Shown: piece by piece, positions 50,536 through 60,212 of the stretch
Layout of the letters: the number at the start of each line of letters is the position of its first letter
Position numbering within the stretch: position 1 is the first letter of the stretch
Assembly: GCA_040767965.1 (NCBI GenBank)
Contig: JAXGNR010000007.1
Location: 1 to 64,000 of the forward strand
DNA: 64,000 bases
Reading direction: 5' to 3'
Origin: Atribacterota bacterium
Lineage (GTDB): Bacteria > Atribacterota > Phoenicimicrobiia > Phoenicimicrobiales > Stramentimicrobiaceae
Position numbers and translations under genes: made by a program
The notes under the pieces: model-generated
Database searches by the model: none
The model's input: the letters and a program-made list of their open reading frames with translations, nothing else
Told to the model about the DNA's origin: nothing

Positions 50536-51472
50536 GGTTTTGCTCCAGTATCTTAATAGTATTATTTAAAGATTGTATATCTTCCACATTGCAAACAAGT
50601 AAATTTTTATCAATTTTTTTTAAAAAACCGCTTAACACCTTCCCGGGTCCAATTTCTATAAAAATATCAACCCCTCCTTGTATCATCTTATAAATACACT
50701 TACTCCAGAGAATAGGGAACATTACCTGTTTTTTTAAAAGCTCTTTTACTAAATTTTTTCCCTCTATATAATCCCCAATGACATTGCTTATTACGGGAAT
50801 TTTTAGATCATAAACATCTATCTTTTCTAATTCTTTTGCTAGCCTGACTGCTGCCGCCTGAAGCATAGAAGTGTGAAACGGAGCACTCACCTGTAAAGGA
50901 ATAACTCTTTTTGCTCCTTCTTCTTTTGCATAAACTGCAGCTAAATCAACCGCTTCCACTTCTCCTCCAATAACCACCTGTCCAGGGTAATTATAGTTGG
51001 CAGGTTCAACAATTCCAGTTGACCTTGCTTTTTCACAGATATTTTCAACTGCTTCATCTGATAATCCTAATATCGCTGTCATTTTACCTTTTCCCAAAGG
51101 AACAGCCTCCTGCATATATTGACCTCTTTTTCTCACCAATTGAACTGCAGTAACAAAATCTAAAGCTCTAGAACAGACTAAAGAAGAGTATTCTCCTAAG
51201 CTTAAACCAGCGGTTACAGCAGGTACAATTCCTCTTTCCTGTAAAATTGACAAAGCGGCTATACTGGTAGTTAAAATAGCTGGTTGCGTATTTTCTGTTT
51301 TGTTAAGTTTTTCTGTATTTCCTTCAAAACAAATTTCCTCAATATCCATATCCAGAGCATCTTTAGCTTTTTTAAATATTTTTCTACATGAAGAGTAGTT
51401 ATCAAAAAGTTCTTTGCCCATTCCCACATACTGAGCACCCTGCCCTGAAAATAAAAAAGCAATTTTTTTCAT
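50525..51472 (-). CDS. fabD: Malonyl-CoA:ACP transacylase
   Basis: GQGAQ, TQPA, GLSLGEY, SAPFH, EIGPG. Confidence 0.95.
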   Translation of the reverse strand: MKKIAFLFSGQGAQYVGMGKELFDNYSSCRKIFKKAKDALDMDIEEICFEGNTEKLNKTENTQPAILTTSIAALSILQERGIVPAVTAGLSLGEYSSLVCSRALDFVTAVQLVRKRGQYMQEAVPLGKGKMTAILGLSDEAVENICEKARSTGIVEPANYNYPGQVVIGGEVEAVDLAAVYAKEEGAKRVIPLQVSAPFHTSMLQAAAVRLAKELEKIDVYDLKIPVISNVIGDYIEGKNLVKELLKKQVMFPILWSKCIYKMIQGGVDIFIEIGPGKVLSGFLKKIDKNLLVCNVEDIQSLNNTIKILEQNHVY

Positions 51473-51484
51473 AATACTTTCCCT

Positions 51485-52468
51485 TCAAACTATTGATCTA
51501 GAACAATTATTAATAGTCATATTTTTTTCAATATCTCGTGCTTTTTGTAATATTATTTCTTCAGCCTGTTCAAACATTTCTTTAATAATTTCCTGACAAG
51601 ACTGTTCTTTTTGGATCAACCCACAAATCTGACCTGCCATCACAGAACCTTTTTCTACATCACCTTTTTTAACAGCATTAAAAAGAGAACCTTTTCCTAA
51701 TTCTTCATATTCTTCCAGTGAAGCATTTCTTTTTTCTAACTGCTGAAATTCACGAGCTAATTGGTTTTTAATAACCCTAACCGGATGACCAGTAGCCCTA
51801 CCGGTAACAATAGTGCTAGTATCTTTGGCTTGTAATATTTTTTCTTTGTATGTTTGGGCAATATTACATTCATAAGCAACTAAAAACCGAGTTCCTACTT
51901 GAACTCCTGAAGAGCCTAACATTAAAGCTGCAGCAAGTCCCCTTCCATCCCCTACTCCGCCAGCAGCAATTACTGGAATTTTTACAGAATCAACAACTTG
52001 AGGAATAAGGCTCATAGTAGTCAAATCACCAATATGCCCTCCGGCTTCACCACCCTCAGCAATAATTGCATCAGCTCCTGATTTTTCCATTCTTTTAGCA
52101 ATAGAAGCTGAAGGAACAACAGGAAGGACTTTAATCCCTTTTTCTTTCCATGCAGGGATATACTTCCCGGGATTACCTGCTCCTGTAATAATAACTGATA
52201 CATTTTCTTCCATCGCTATCTTACCAATCTCTTCAGCCATTGGGTTAAGCAGCATAATATTAAGAGCGAAAGGTTTTTTGGTTAATAATTGCGCCTTTCT
52301 TATTTCATTTCTTATCCATTCTGCAGGAGCATAACCAGAAGCAATAACTCCTAATCCTCCCGCGTTTGACACAGCTGCTGCCAAATCAGCATCAGCAACC
52401 CAGGCCATCCCTCCTTGAATAATCGGATAATCAATTTCTAATAGTTCATTAATAGCAGTTCGTATCAT
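51485..52468 (-). CDS. fabK: Enoyl-ACP reductase II
   Basis: PIIQGGMAWVA, EGGEAGGHIG, TGHPVR, GSVMAGQ. Confidence 0.93.
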   Translation of the reverse strand: MIRTAINELLEIDYPIIQGGMAWVADADLAAAVSNAGGLGVIASGYAPAEWIRNEIRKAQLLTKKPFALNIMLLNPMAEEIGKIAMEENVSVIITGAGNPGKYIPAWKEKGIKVLPVVPSASIAKRMEKSGADAIIAEGGEAGGHIGDLTTMSLIPQVVDSVKIPVIAAGGVGDGRGLAAALMLGSSGVQVGTRFLVAYECNIAQTYKEKILQAKDTSTIVTGRATGHPVRVIKNQLAREFQQLEKRNASLEEYEELGKGSLFNAVKKGDVEKGSVMAGQICGLIQKEQSCQEIIKEMFEQAEEIILQKARDIEKNMTINNCSRSIV

Positions 52469-52480
52469 CTTTTACTCTCC

Positions 52481-53473
52481 TTAAATAGTCCAGTTTAATA
52501 AAATTGATCCCCAGGTTAAACCTCCTCCAAAACCTACCATTATAATCTTGTTATTTTTCTCTAAAATATTTTCTCTCCTCATCTCATCCAAGGCTAAAGG
52601 AATGCTCGCTGCTGAAGTGTTTCCATAGTGCTGCAGGTTCTTATAAAATTTGGAACAGGGCACTTTTAATTTTTTGGCTACATAATCAATAATTCTATAA
52701 TTTGCCTGATGTGGTACGACATAATCAATATCCTGGATTTGTAAATTATTCTTTTCTAAAACCCTAGTAATACTCTCCAGCATGATATTCGTAGCAAACT
52801 TAAATATTTCTTTTCCATCCATATACATCTGACTATTATTTTGACAATCCTCTTCTGGATATTCCCCAAGTAAAAAAGGATTACTGAGAGGTACAGCTGG
52901 TATATTTAAATACCCTTTCAAATCTCCTTGTGAAGCGGTATAAGTAGAAATAACGCCAGGATATTTGCTTTTCTTTAGTACTGCCGCACCAGCACCATCC
53001 CCAAATAAAACGCAAGTATTTCTATCATTCCAGTTAAGTATTTTTGATAGCACTTCAGCCCCGATCACCAGGGCACACCTACTCTCTCCGGTTTTAATGA
53101 ACTGATCTGCTATCTGTATTCCATAAATAAATCCGGTACAACCAGCAGAAAGATCAAAACTTGTTACATTTTTTAACTCCAATTCTGCCTGCACTAAACA
53201 GGCAGTTGCAGGGGTGAAAAAATCGGGGGTTATTGTGGCCAAAATAACCAAGTCTATCTCTTGAGGATTTATATTTGCATCTTTAATTGCCCGTTGAGCT
53301 GCTTTTACGGCAATATGGGTAGTTGTGTCTCCAGTAGATATTCTTCTTTCAGATATGCCTGTTCTAGTTTTTATCCATTGGTCTGAAGTTTCCATTATAT
53401 TTTCAAGTTCAGTATTTTTTACTATTCTTTCTGGAACATATCCACCTGTTCCAATAATTTCGCTATAAAACAT
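52481..53473 (-). CDS. fabH: 3-oxoacyl-ACP synthase III
   Basis: RTGISERR, AGCTGF, LFGDGAGA, PHQAN, GNTSAASIP, GGGLTWG. Confidence 0.96.
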   Translation of the reverse strand: MFYSEIIGTGGYVPERIVKNTELENIMETSDQWIKTRTGISERRISTGDTTTHIAVKAAQRAIKDANINPQEIDLVILATITPDFFTPATACLVQAELELKNVTSFDLSAGCTGFIYGIQIADQFIKTGESRCALVIGAEVLSKILNWNDRNTCVLFGDGAGAAVLKKSKYPGVISTYTASQGDLKGYLNIPAVPLSNPFLLGEYPEEDCQNNSQMYMDGKEIFKFATNIMLESITRVLEKNNLQIQDIDYVVPHQANYRIIDYVAKKLKVPCSKFYKNLQHYGNTSAASIPLALDEMRRENILEKNNKIIMVGFGGGLTWGSILLNWTI

Positions 53474-53544
53474 TCTTTATTCCTTTATTTATTAATATAA
53501 AATAAATGATAGTTGTATATATGATAATATAATAAAACTTACTA

Positions 53545-53561
53545 TTAGTAGTAGGTGCTAT
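53545..53561. promoter_or_regulatory. FapR-like operator
   Basis: TTAGTAGTAGGTGCTAT (reverse ATAGCACCTACTACTAA) resembles the 17-bp FapR palindrome TTAGTA-N5-TACTAA and lies just downstream of the fab promoter. Confidence 0.55.
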
Positions 53562-53572
53562 CATTAGTTTCC

Positions 53573-53601
53573 AGTATAACAATCCTATTTTATGTTGTCA
53601 A
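53573..53601 (-). promoter_or_regulatory. sigma70 promoter of the fab operon
   Basis: TTGACA-17 nt-TATACT with TG extension. Confidence 0.7.
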
Positions 53602-53647
53602 GAATCAGTTTTACAAATCAAATATCCTAAAGCAGAATCAAGATAAA

Positions 53648-53683
53648 GAAACTGTTTTAAGCAAGAAAGCTCAAAACAGTTTC
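53648..53683 (-). terminator. Terminator of the upstream catabolic operon
   Basis: GAAACTGTTTT...AAAACAGTTTC inverted repeat. Confidence 0.6.
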
Positions 53684-53850
53684 GAGTATATTTCTACTTG
53701 AGTACTTGAGGCAACCTATCAGCTTTCGATTAGATTTTTATGTGAGGCAGCAGACATTAATAAAATGCACTATGACAAAAATTTAGTTGAGAAGTGCAAT
53801 TACTATATATTTTATTGATAAGATAAATGAAATCACTAATTATTGGAAAG

Positions 53851-54912
53851 TTATTTATATTTTTTGGTTTTGAGAGGTATTTTGTATTTTTCAGATATTT
53901 TTTCGAGATCAGAAAATATTTCTTCAGAAATTGTAATTCCTTTTTCTTTTCTTATTTCTTCTTTCTCATGTTCAAGTTCTCCTGGAATATATATTTTTGA
54001 AAAATTAGCTGCTAACGGTGCTTCTTTTAGTATGTGAACCATATGATTTAATCTTTTTTGAAACAAGTCATATTCAATAAAATTTTCTATATTAATAGCT
54101 ATAAATAAATGGCCGATATTAAGAGGTTTATCAAATTCTTTAATCCAGGTAGGTATTTCTCCCAGTAAACCACCACCTGTTAAGACAGAAGCCAAAATTT
54201 CAATCATTACTGCTAATCCATATCCTTTATGCTCTCCAAAAGGTAGCAATGCTCCGCCATCAGCTAATGCATCTGGATCATCAGTAAACTTTCCATCCTT
54301 GTCTACAACCCAGTTTTTAGGAATTTTTTCTTTATTTTTTGCTGCAAGCCTTACCTTTCCTCCTGCCACTGTGCTCATTGATATATCCAAAACAATAGGC
54401 AGGTTATTCTGATATGGTACTGCAATAGATATTGGATTATTCCCGATAACAGATTTAGAGCTACCCCATGCTGCCATATTTTGAGAAACACCAGTCATAG
54501 AAATTCCAATCATCTTACCTTCAGCAATTAATGTTGAATAATAGGAAGCTGCTCCAAAGTGAGAGCTATTTCTAACCGCAGAAACAGATATTCCGTTAGA
54601 TTCTGCTTTTTTTTGGGCTATTTTAGATGCATAAACTCCAATTACCTGCCCCATACCATTGTCACCATTAATCAAAACAGAAGATGTGCTCTCTTTAATG
54701 ATTTCAATAAGAGGAGTTGAATTGGTTCCGCCAATTTCTAACCTTTTTAAATAAAAAGGGAACCGCATTATACCATGGGAATCTATTCCTCTCAAATTGG
54801 CAAAAACGAGAGAATTGGCAACTGTAAATGCATCTTGTTTAGAAAGTCCTGCTTTCTCAAGAACATCACTGCAAAATTTCAATAAATTGTCATGCTTTAT
54901 TATAATTCCCAT
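53851..54912 (-). CDS. Ldh_2 family oxidoreductase (second paralog)
   Basis: RGIDSHG, HFGAA, GNNPI, DISMS, HKGYGL, PGE. Confidence 0.9.
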   Translation of the reverse strand: MGIIIKHDNLLKFCSDVLEKAGLSKQDAFTVANSLVFANLRGIDSHGIMRFPFYLKRLEIGGTNSTPLIEIIKESTSSVLINGDNGMGQVIGVYASKIAQKKAESNGISVSAVRNSSHFGAASYYSTLIAEGKMIGISMTGVSQNMAAWGSSKSVIGNNPISIAVPYQNNLPIVLDISMSTVAGGKVRLAAKNKEKIPKNWVVDKDGKFTDDPDALADGGALLPFGEHKGYGLAVMIEILASVLTGGGLLGEIPTWIKEFDKPLNIGHLFIAINIENFIEYDLFQKRLNHMVHILKEAPLAANFSKIYIPGELEHEKEEIRKEKGITISEEIFSDLEKISEKYKIPLKTKKYK

Positions 54913-54995
54913 ATTGTCTTCAATCTTTATTTTATTAGATAATTTTAAAATACAAAAGTTACTTTTTAAAAGGTTTAAATAATTTAAAATTTAAT

Positions 54996-55042
54996 TTACC
55001 TTGCATCAGTTAATAAAAAGCATTCTTTCTGATGCAAGGTAA
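54996..55042 (-). terminator. Stem-loop between the RraA-like gene and LDH2
   Basis: TTACCTTGCATCAG...CTGATGCAAGGTAA perfect 14-bp inverted repeat. Confidence 0.65.
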
Positions 55043-55091
55043 TATTTTGATTAATATTTTTTATTTTCTTCTACTATTATTTATGTCATTC

Positions 55092-55778
55092 TTAAAGAAA
55101 TTGGCAGCCGTTTTCTTTTAACTTTTTATCAATCCAACTGCGATCACCAAAAATACCTTTACTAATATTTTCAATTATTCCATGTTCTTTTTCAGAAACT
55201 TTTTTTGCTTCCTCATAGATTTTTTCAGCATCACCTGGAGGGATAACAATTACTCCGTCTTTATCCCCTACAATAATATCTCCAGGATTTACAACTACAC
55301 CACCACAGGCTACCGGGAAATTAACCTCACCAGGCCCATCTTTATAAGGTCCCTTGGGACTTGTTCCAATAGCATAAACTGGAAAATCCATTTCTTGTAT
55401 TGATTCATAATCACGAATGCAGCCATCAATTAAATATCCTGCAGCGCCTCTTTTTTCAGCCATAAGGACCATAATTTCACCCAGAATAGCGCTATGCATA
55501 TCGCCCTCAGCAGCTATTACCAGCACATCACCAGGCTGAACCATGTCTAATGCCTTATGAACCAGCAGATTATCAATGGTTCTTGTCTTGACAGTCAAAG
55601 CGCTTCCAATCATCTGCAAGCCTTTTTTATTATTAATCATTTTTATTTTTGAATCTACACAAAAACTTCTATTCATGCAATCACCGATATTGGCAACAGG
55701 AATTCCTTTAAATTTCTGCATAAGATCCTGAGAAGGTCTTTCAATATTCTCACGTACCCGTAATCCTAAAGTAGACAT
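55092..55778 (-). CDS. RraA-like family protein (HMG/CHA aldolase-related)
   Basis: ANIGD, DNLLVH.ALD, GEIM, IDGCIRD, PGDIIVGD.DGV. Confidence 0.85.
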   Translation of the reverse strand: MSTLGLRVRENIERPSQDLMQKFKGIPVANIGDCMNRSFCVDSKIKMINNKKGLQMIGSALTVKTRTIDNLLVHKALDMVQPGDVLVIAAEGDMHSAILGEIMVLMAEKRGAAGYLIDGCIRDYESIQEMDFPVYAIGTSPKGPYKDGPGEVNFPVACGGVVVNPGDIIVGDKDGVIVIPPGDAEKIYEEAKKVSEKEHGIIENISKGIFGDRSWIDKKLKENGCQFL

Positions 55779-55847
55779 TAATATAGCTCCTCCAATTTGA
55801 TTTTTCTTATTATTAATACTATCATCATCATCTAATATAGACGTACC

Positions 55848-57386
55848 CTATTCACTATCAATTATATTACTTTCTTCTGCTTCTAGCTTTCTTAACTGGT
55901 TTGTTTTTTTTATCCTTTTGGCATCTTTGTATATTGCTGAAGTTAGGGAAATAAAAGCTATTACCAATAAACCTAAAGACAATGGTTTATTCAAAAATAT
56001 CATCCAATTTCCAGATGATATCAATAAAGATTGTTGTAATCCTGTTTCTGCCAGGGGGCCTAATATCAATCCCAGTACCATAGGAGCTCTAGGAATGTTG
56101 TATTTTACCATAACATATCCTAATAGCCCAAAGACAAACATCAGACCAACATCAAACATGCTATTATTAATCGCATAAGATCCGATAATGCTTAAAGTAA
56201 TAATAACCGGGGCTAAATAGTCATCTCTAATCTTTGTAATCAACACTCCCATTTTTCCAAAAAACAAACCACTACCTAGCATAATTAAATTTATTATAAA
56301 TAAAGATAATATAATGGTAAAACTTAAATCACCATATTCAGTCATAAATTTTGGACCGGGTCTTAATCCATGAACCAAAAACCCGCCTAGCAAAACAGCA
56401 GTTACTGAACTGCCTGGTATTCCCAAAACCATTAAAGGTATGAGAGAACCTCCTGTAACTGCATTATTTGCAGCTTCAGAAGCTACAACTCCTTCTGGTA
56501 TGCCTGTTCCGAAAAGTTCAGGGTTTTTCGAACTTCTTTTTGCTTCATTGTAGCCTACCCATGTAGCCAAATCTCCACCGGTGCCAGGAACCATACCAAC
56601 CCAAGTTCCAATTATTGAAGATCGTATAATGGTAAACCAGAGAGGCTTTAATTCTTTAAAAGTAGGAAATATTTTTCCAGAAACTTTTTTAGCCTCTAAT
56701 GCTCCTTCTATTTTTTTTTCAATTAGTAATAAAGCCTGTGAAATAGAAAACATCCCAATTAAGGCAATTACCAATGGTATTCCGCTTAATAATTCCACTT
56801 GTCCAAAAGCAAAACGGGACTGACCGGTAACTATATCCAACCCTACCATAGCTACCAATAAACCCAAAAAACCCGCCAGAAGTCCTTTTATCCAATCTCC
56901 TTGTGTTAATGTTGCGATCAATGTTAATCCTAAAATAGCTAATGAAAAATACTCCGGAGGGCCAAATAACAGACTTACTTTTGATAAAGCAGGTGCGATA
57001 AATAATAAGGCAAATGCACTAAAAATACCTCCGATAAAAGAAGCCACCAAAGAAAAACCTATTGCTTTCCCGGCCTGACCTTTTTGGGCCATCGGGTAAC
57101 CATCCAGACAGGTTGCTGCAGCTGCTGGTGTCCCTGGAGTATGCAGTAAAATTGCTGAAATAGATCCTCCATACATCGCCCCACAATAAAGAGCAACTAA
57201 CATTGGAAGACCTATACCAGGATCCATTCCGAAGGTTAAAGGGAGTAAAAGTGCCACTCCCATGGTTGCAGAAAGGCCAGGTAATGCTCCAATTATAATA
57301 CCTATTATTACCCCTGCCAACATAGCTAATAGGCTAATTGGATTCAATACATGCCCAAAAGCCGTAATTAAATTATTTATTATCAT
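55848..57386 (-). CDS. tctA: Tripartite tricarboxylate transporter, large TM subunit
   Basis: GALPGLSATMG, YGGSISAIL..PG, DGYPMA, EAANNA, LGIPGS, GLRPGP. Confidence 0.95.
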   Translation of the reverse strand: MIINNLITAFGHVLNPISLLAMLAGVIIGIIIGALPGLSATMGVALLLPLTFGMDPGIGLPMLVALYCGAMYGGSISAILLHTPGTPAAAATCLDGYPMAQKGQAGKAIGFSLVASFIGGIFSAFALLFIAPALSKVSLLFGPPEYFSLAILGLTLIATLTQGDWIKGLLAGFLGLLVAMVGLDIVTGQSRFAFGQVELLSGIPLVIALIGMFSISQALLLIEKKIEGALEAKKVSGKIFPTFKELKPLWFTIIRSSIIGTWVGMVPGTGGDLATWVGYNEAKRSSKNPELFGTGIPEGVVASEAANNAVTGGSLIPLMVLGIPGSSVTAVLLGGFLVHGLRPGPKFMTEYGDLSFTIILSLFIINLIMLGSGLFFGKMGVLITKIRDDYLAPVIITLSIIGSYAINNSMFDVGLMFVFGLLGYVMVKYNIPRAPMVLGLILGPLAETGLQQSLLISSGNWMIFLNKPLSLGLLVIAFISLTSAIYKDAKRIKKTNQLRKLEAEESNIIDSE

Positions 57387-57461
57387 TGTATATCCCCCTA
57401 TTAAGTTTGAAAAAACCTTGTTTACTACACAATACTTCCTGCTTTTAAATTGTATTATTTT

Positions 57462-57890
57462 TTAGATTATTAATCCATCTGGAGTAGGAACTCTTAACCA
57501 GACACTAAAAATGAAATACAATACTACTATAATTAAAAGAGGAACCACAAAACAATGAGTTTTTTTCATACCCAGATATAAGAACAATAAAAGTAAAAAT
57601 AAGTAAGTGCTGACAAAAAATCCCAGAATATTTGTAAAGTATATATACAAAACTGTAATAACAATAGTAATAAAAACTCTTTGTATCGAAACACCTTCGA
57701 AAGCATTCTTTTCAGGCACACCTTTCCTGAGAAAGCTGCGAATAAATAAAAGTACGCTTAATACAATAATGGAAATTAGAATTACTTTTGGTAACATAGC
57801 TGGAGCAGTCGGCCATTTAATTGTCATCTGGAATAAAAAAATTGACAAGATAATTAAAATAATTGCAATAAATCTATTTGCTTTAACCAA
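57462..57890 (-). CDS. tctB: Tripartite tricarboxylate transporter, small TM subunit
   Basis: About 4 TM helices, LGFF..T and F...LRVPTP.G; lies between tctC and tctA. Confidence 0.85.
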   Translation of the reverse strand: MVKANRFIAIILIILSIFLFQMTIKWPTAPAMLPKVILISIIVLSVLLFIRSFLRKGVPEKNAFEGVSIQRVFITIVITVLYIYFTNILGFFVSTYLFLLLLFLYLGMKKTHCFVVPLLIIVVLYFIFSVWLRVPTPDGLII

Positions 57891-57928
57891 TGCCTTACTC
57901 CTTTCTTATTAAATCCTAAATAAATATT

Positions 57929-57961
57929 ATTAGTGAGGGAACTTATCTTTCCCTCACTAAT
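57929..57961 (-). terminator. Hairpin after tctC
   Basis: ATTAGTGAGGG...CCCTCACTAAT inverted repeat. Confidence 0.65.
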
Positions 57962-58015
57962 TTTTACCATACAAAAATTAATAAATAATAGTAAAACTTA
58001 CTGTACCATTATATA

Positions 58016-58999
58016 TTATTGACCTACTTCAGCCCAGACTGCTTCAAAGTCTTCAGTTAATTTATTGAGAAAATCAGAATAATTTTCAGGCCCTCTTGGG
58101 TCTAAAGGTAAACCGATCTTTTCAGCATTCGCCAGGAATTCTTCATCTTCCATTACTTTCCAAAATGCTTCTTCTAATTTATCGATTGCTTCCTGGGGAG
58201 TTCCTTTTAATACTGAATAACCACGACTGGAACCACTTATAATATCATAGCCCAATTCTCTGGCAGTTGGTACATCGGGGATGAGGGGTGATCTCTCTTC
58301 AGTGTAAATTGCCAGTGCTCTTAAAGCTCCATCTTTAATTTGAGGATAGGTAATCCCTAAGTTGTTTGAAGTAGCTGTAATATGTCCACCTAAAGCTGCC
58401 TGCCAGGAAGGTCCATCTCCAGCAAACGGAACTGCTATAATTTCAATATCTGCTTGTTTGTTCAAAAGATTTACTGCAATCCAATCATCTCCACCAATTC
58501 CTGAATTTCCAACAGTTGCCATTCTGGGATTATCTTTTGCAAATTGAACAAATTCTTCAAAAGTCTGGAATGGGCTATCAGCTCTTACCAATAATACTCC
58601 AGGATCTGTTACTACATTAAAGACCGGTTCGATTTGATCCATTGAATAAGTAACTTCTTCAGGGTTCATAATTGGGTTTCCGTATACTGATGGGGTGCAG
58701 GTAATGTTCATATTATAACCATCAGGTTGCATAGTTTCAACCCAATAGGTTAATCCAACCGCTGCATTTGCTCCAGGCTTATAAACATTTATCAAACTAA
58801 CTCCCAAATATTTCGCAAGCCAAGGTTGAACTGCCTGTGCCAGAGTATCACTTCCTCCTCCTGGTGAATAGTCAATTACTATTGTAATATCTCTCTCAGG
58901 ATATTTTGACCAGTCCTGAGCCATTGCCCCATTGAATAATGCTGTTATTGCAAAAACAGCCAAAATACTTATCAATAATATTTTTTTTGTTCTTAACAT
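58016..58999 (-). CDS. tctC: Tripartite tricarboxylate transporter substrate-binding protein (Bug/TctC)
   Basis: Signal peptide; YPERDIT, PGGGSD, KPGA, PDGY, VPF.G, PDVPT..ELG. Confidence 0.9.
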   Translation of the reverse strand: MLRTKKILLISILAVFAITALFNGAMAQDWSKYPERDITIVIDYSPGGGSDTLAQAVQPWLAKYLGVSLINVYKPGANAAVGLTYWVETMQPDGYNMNITCTPSVYGNPIMNPEEVTYSMDQIEPVFNVVTDPGVLLVRADSPFQTFEEFVQFAKDNPRMATVGNSGIGGDDWIAVNLLNKQADIEIIAVPFAGDGPSWQAALGGHITATSNNLGITYPQIKDGALRALAIYTEERSPLIPDVPTARELGYDIISGSSRGYSVLKGTPQEAIDKLEEAFWKVMEDEEFLANAEKIGLPLDPRGPENYSDFLNKLTEDFEAVWAEVGQ

Positions 59000-59135
59000 T
59001 GCTTACTCTCCTTTTTATTTATAGTTATTTTAGATACATTCTAATTTTTATCAATCTATTGTAATTATAGCACCTCCTTTTATTTTTTTCTTTTTAAGTA
59101 AATAACAATTATTTATCTATTTTAATAAATTATTG

Positions 59136-60212
59136 TTATGGAATCAAACCTATTCTTATACATTCTGGGGGAGCAGATAAAAACAACTCCATCGCCTCTT
59201 GTGTTTTTTCCAGGGGAAATACATGAGTAATCATTTTCTCAATAGGATATTTTCGGGAATTAATAATTTTTACAGCATCTTCAACATCCCAGGATTGGCC
59301 ATGACCACCTTTTATTATTAATTCATTATTGACAACATGATCAGTGCAAATATTAACCTTCTTTCCTCCCGTTAATCCGGCAAAAACAATTGTGCCTCCT
59401 GGTTTTATTATATCAAGAGTTGAATTTATAGTTACTTCCACACCTGCACCTTCGATTACCACATCAGCCATTTTCCCTGCAGTTATTTTTTCTATTTCTT
59501 TTACAATATCATTTTTCTGCATATCAACAATATAATCAGCACCAAACTCTATGGCTAATTTAAATTTATTAATATCTTTGCTAATTCCAGCTACTATAAT
59601 TGGTTTCGCCCCAGCTTCTTTAGCGGCAATAACAGATGCCAATCCCTGGGCTCCTGCTCCAAGAATAGCCACTGAATCCCCTGGAGTTACATTTCCTTTT
59701 GTTCTGATCCATCTAAGTCCATTTCCTATAACTGATGAAAGACAGGCCGCTTCTGCTGGTACATTTTTATCTATTTTATGCATTTTTGTTATCGGTAAAA
59801 TAATCATATACTCTGCATAACCTCCCAAAAGAAAAGGAGGGTGATCACAGGTTAAGCTAACACCATAATTATTCCTGGGGGTATGGAATTGATATTCTCC
59901 AGTTAAGCAATATTCACAATTATTACATAATATATATGGTTCTACAGTAACCCTGTCTCCTTTGCTAATATTATATTCCTCTTTTGCTTTTAGCCCAATT
60001 TTTTCCACATAACCAACAATTTCATGGCCTAATATCTTTGGAAAAGAAGATGCTTTATGAGAACCATCAAATAAATGTCTGTCACTACCACAGATAGAAA
60101 CCATCTCCACTTTTAGCAACAGTTCATCATTTTTAATTTCTGGTATTTCAAATGTTTTTTTGATGAATTTTTTTGGTGAAACAAGCACCATTGCATAACA
60201 GTTATTCAACAT
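59136..60212 (-). CDS. Zinc-dependent medium-chain dehydrogenase (sorbitol/threonine DH-like), catalytically intact
   Basis: ICGSD, GHE, CNNCEYC, GAGAQG; start at 60212 behind GGAGGG. Confidence 0.88.
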   Translation of the reverse strand: MLNNCYAMVLVSPKKFIKKTFEIPEIKNDELLLKVEMVSICGSDRHLFDGSHKASSFPKILGHEIVGYVEKIGLKAKEEYNISKGDRVTVEPYILCNNCEYCLTGEYQFHTPRNNYGVSLTCDHPPFLLGGYAEYMIILPITKMHKIDKNVPAEAACLSSVIGNGLRWIRTKGNVTPGDSVAILGAGAQGLASVIAAKEAGAKPIIVAGISKDINKFKLAIEFGADYIVDMQKNDIVKEIEKITAGKMADVVIEGAGVEVTINSTLDIIKPGGTIVFAGLTGGKKVNICTDHVVNNELIIKGGHGQSWDVEDAVKIINSRKYPIEKMITHVFPLEKTQEAMELFLSAPPECIRIGLIP

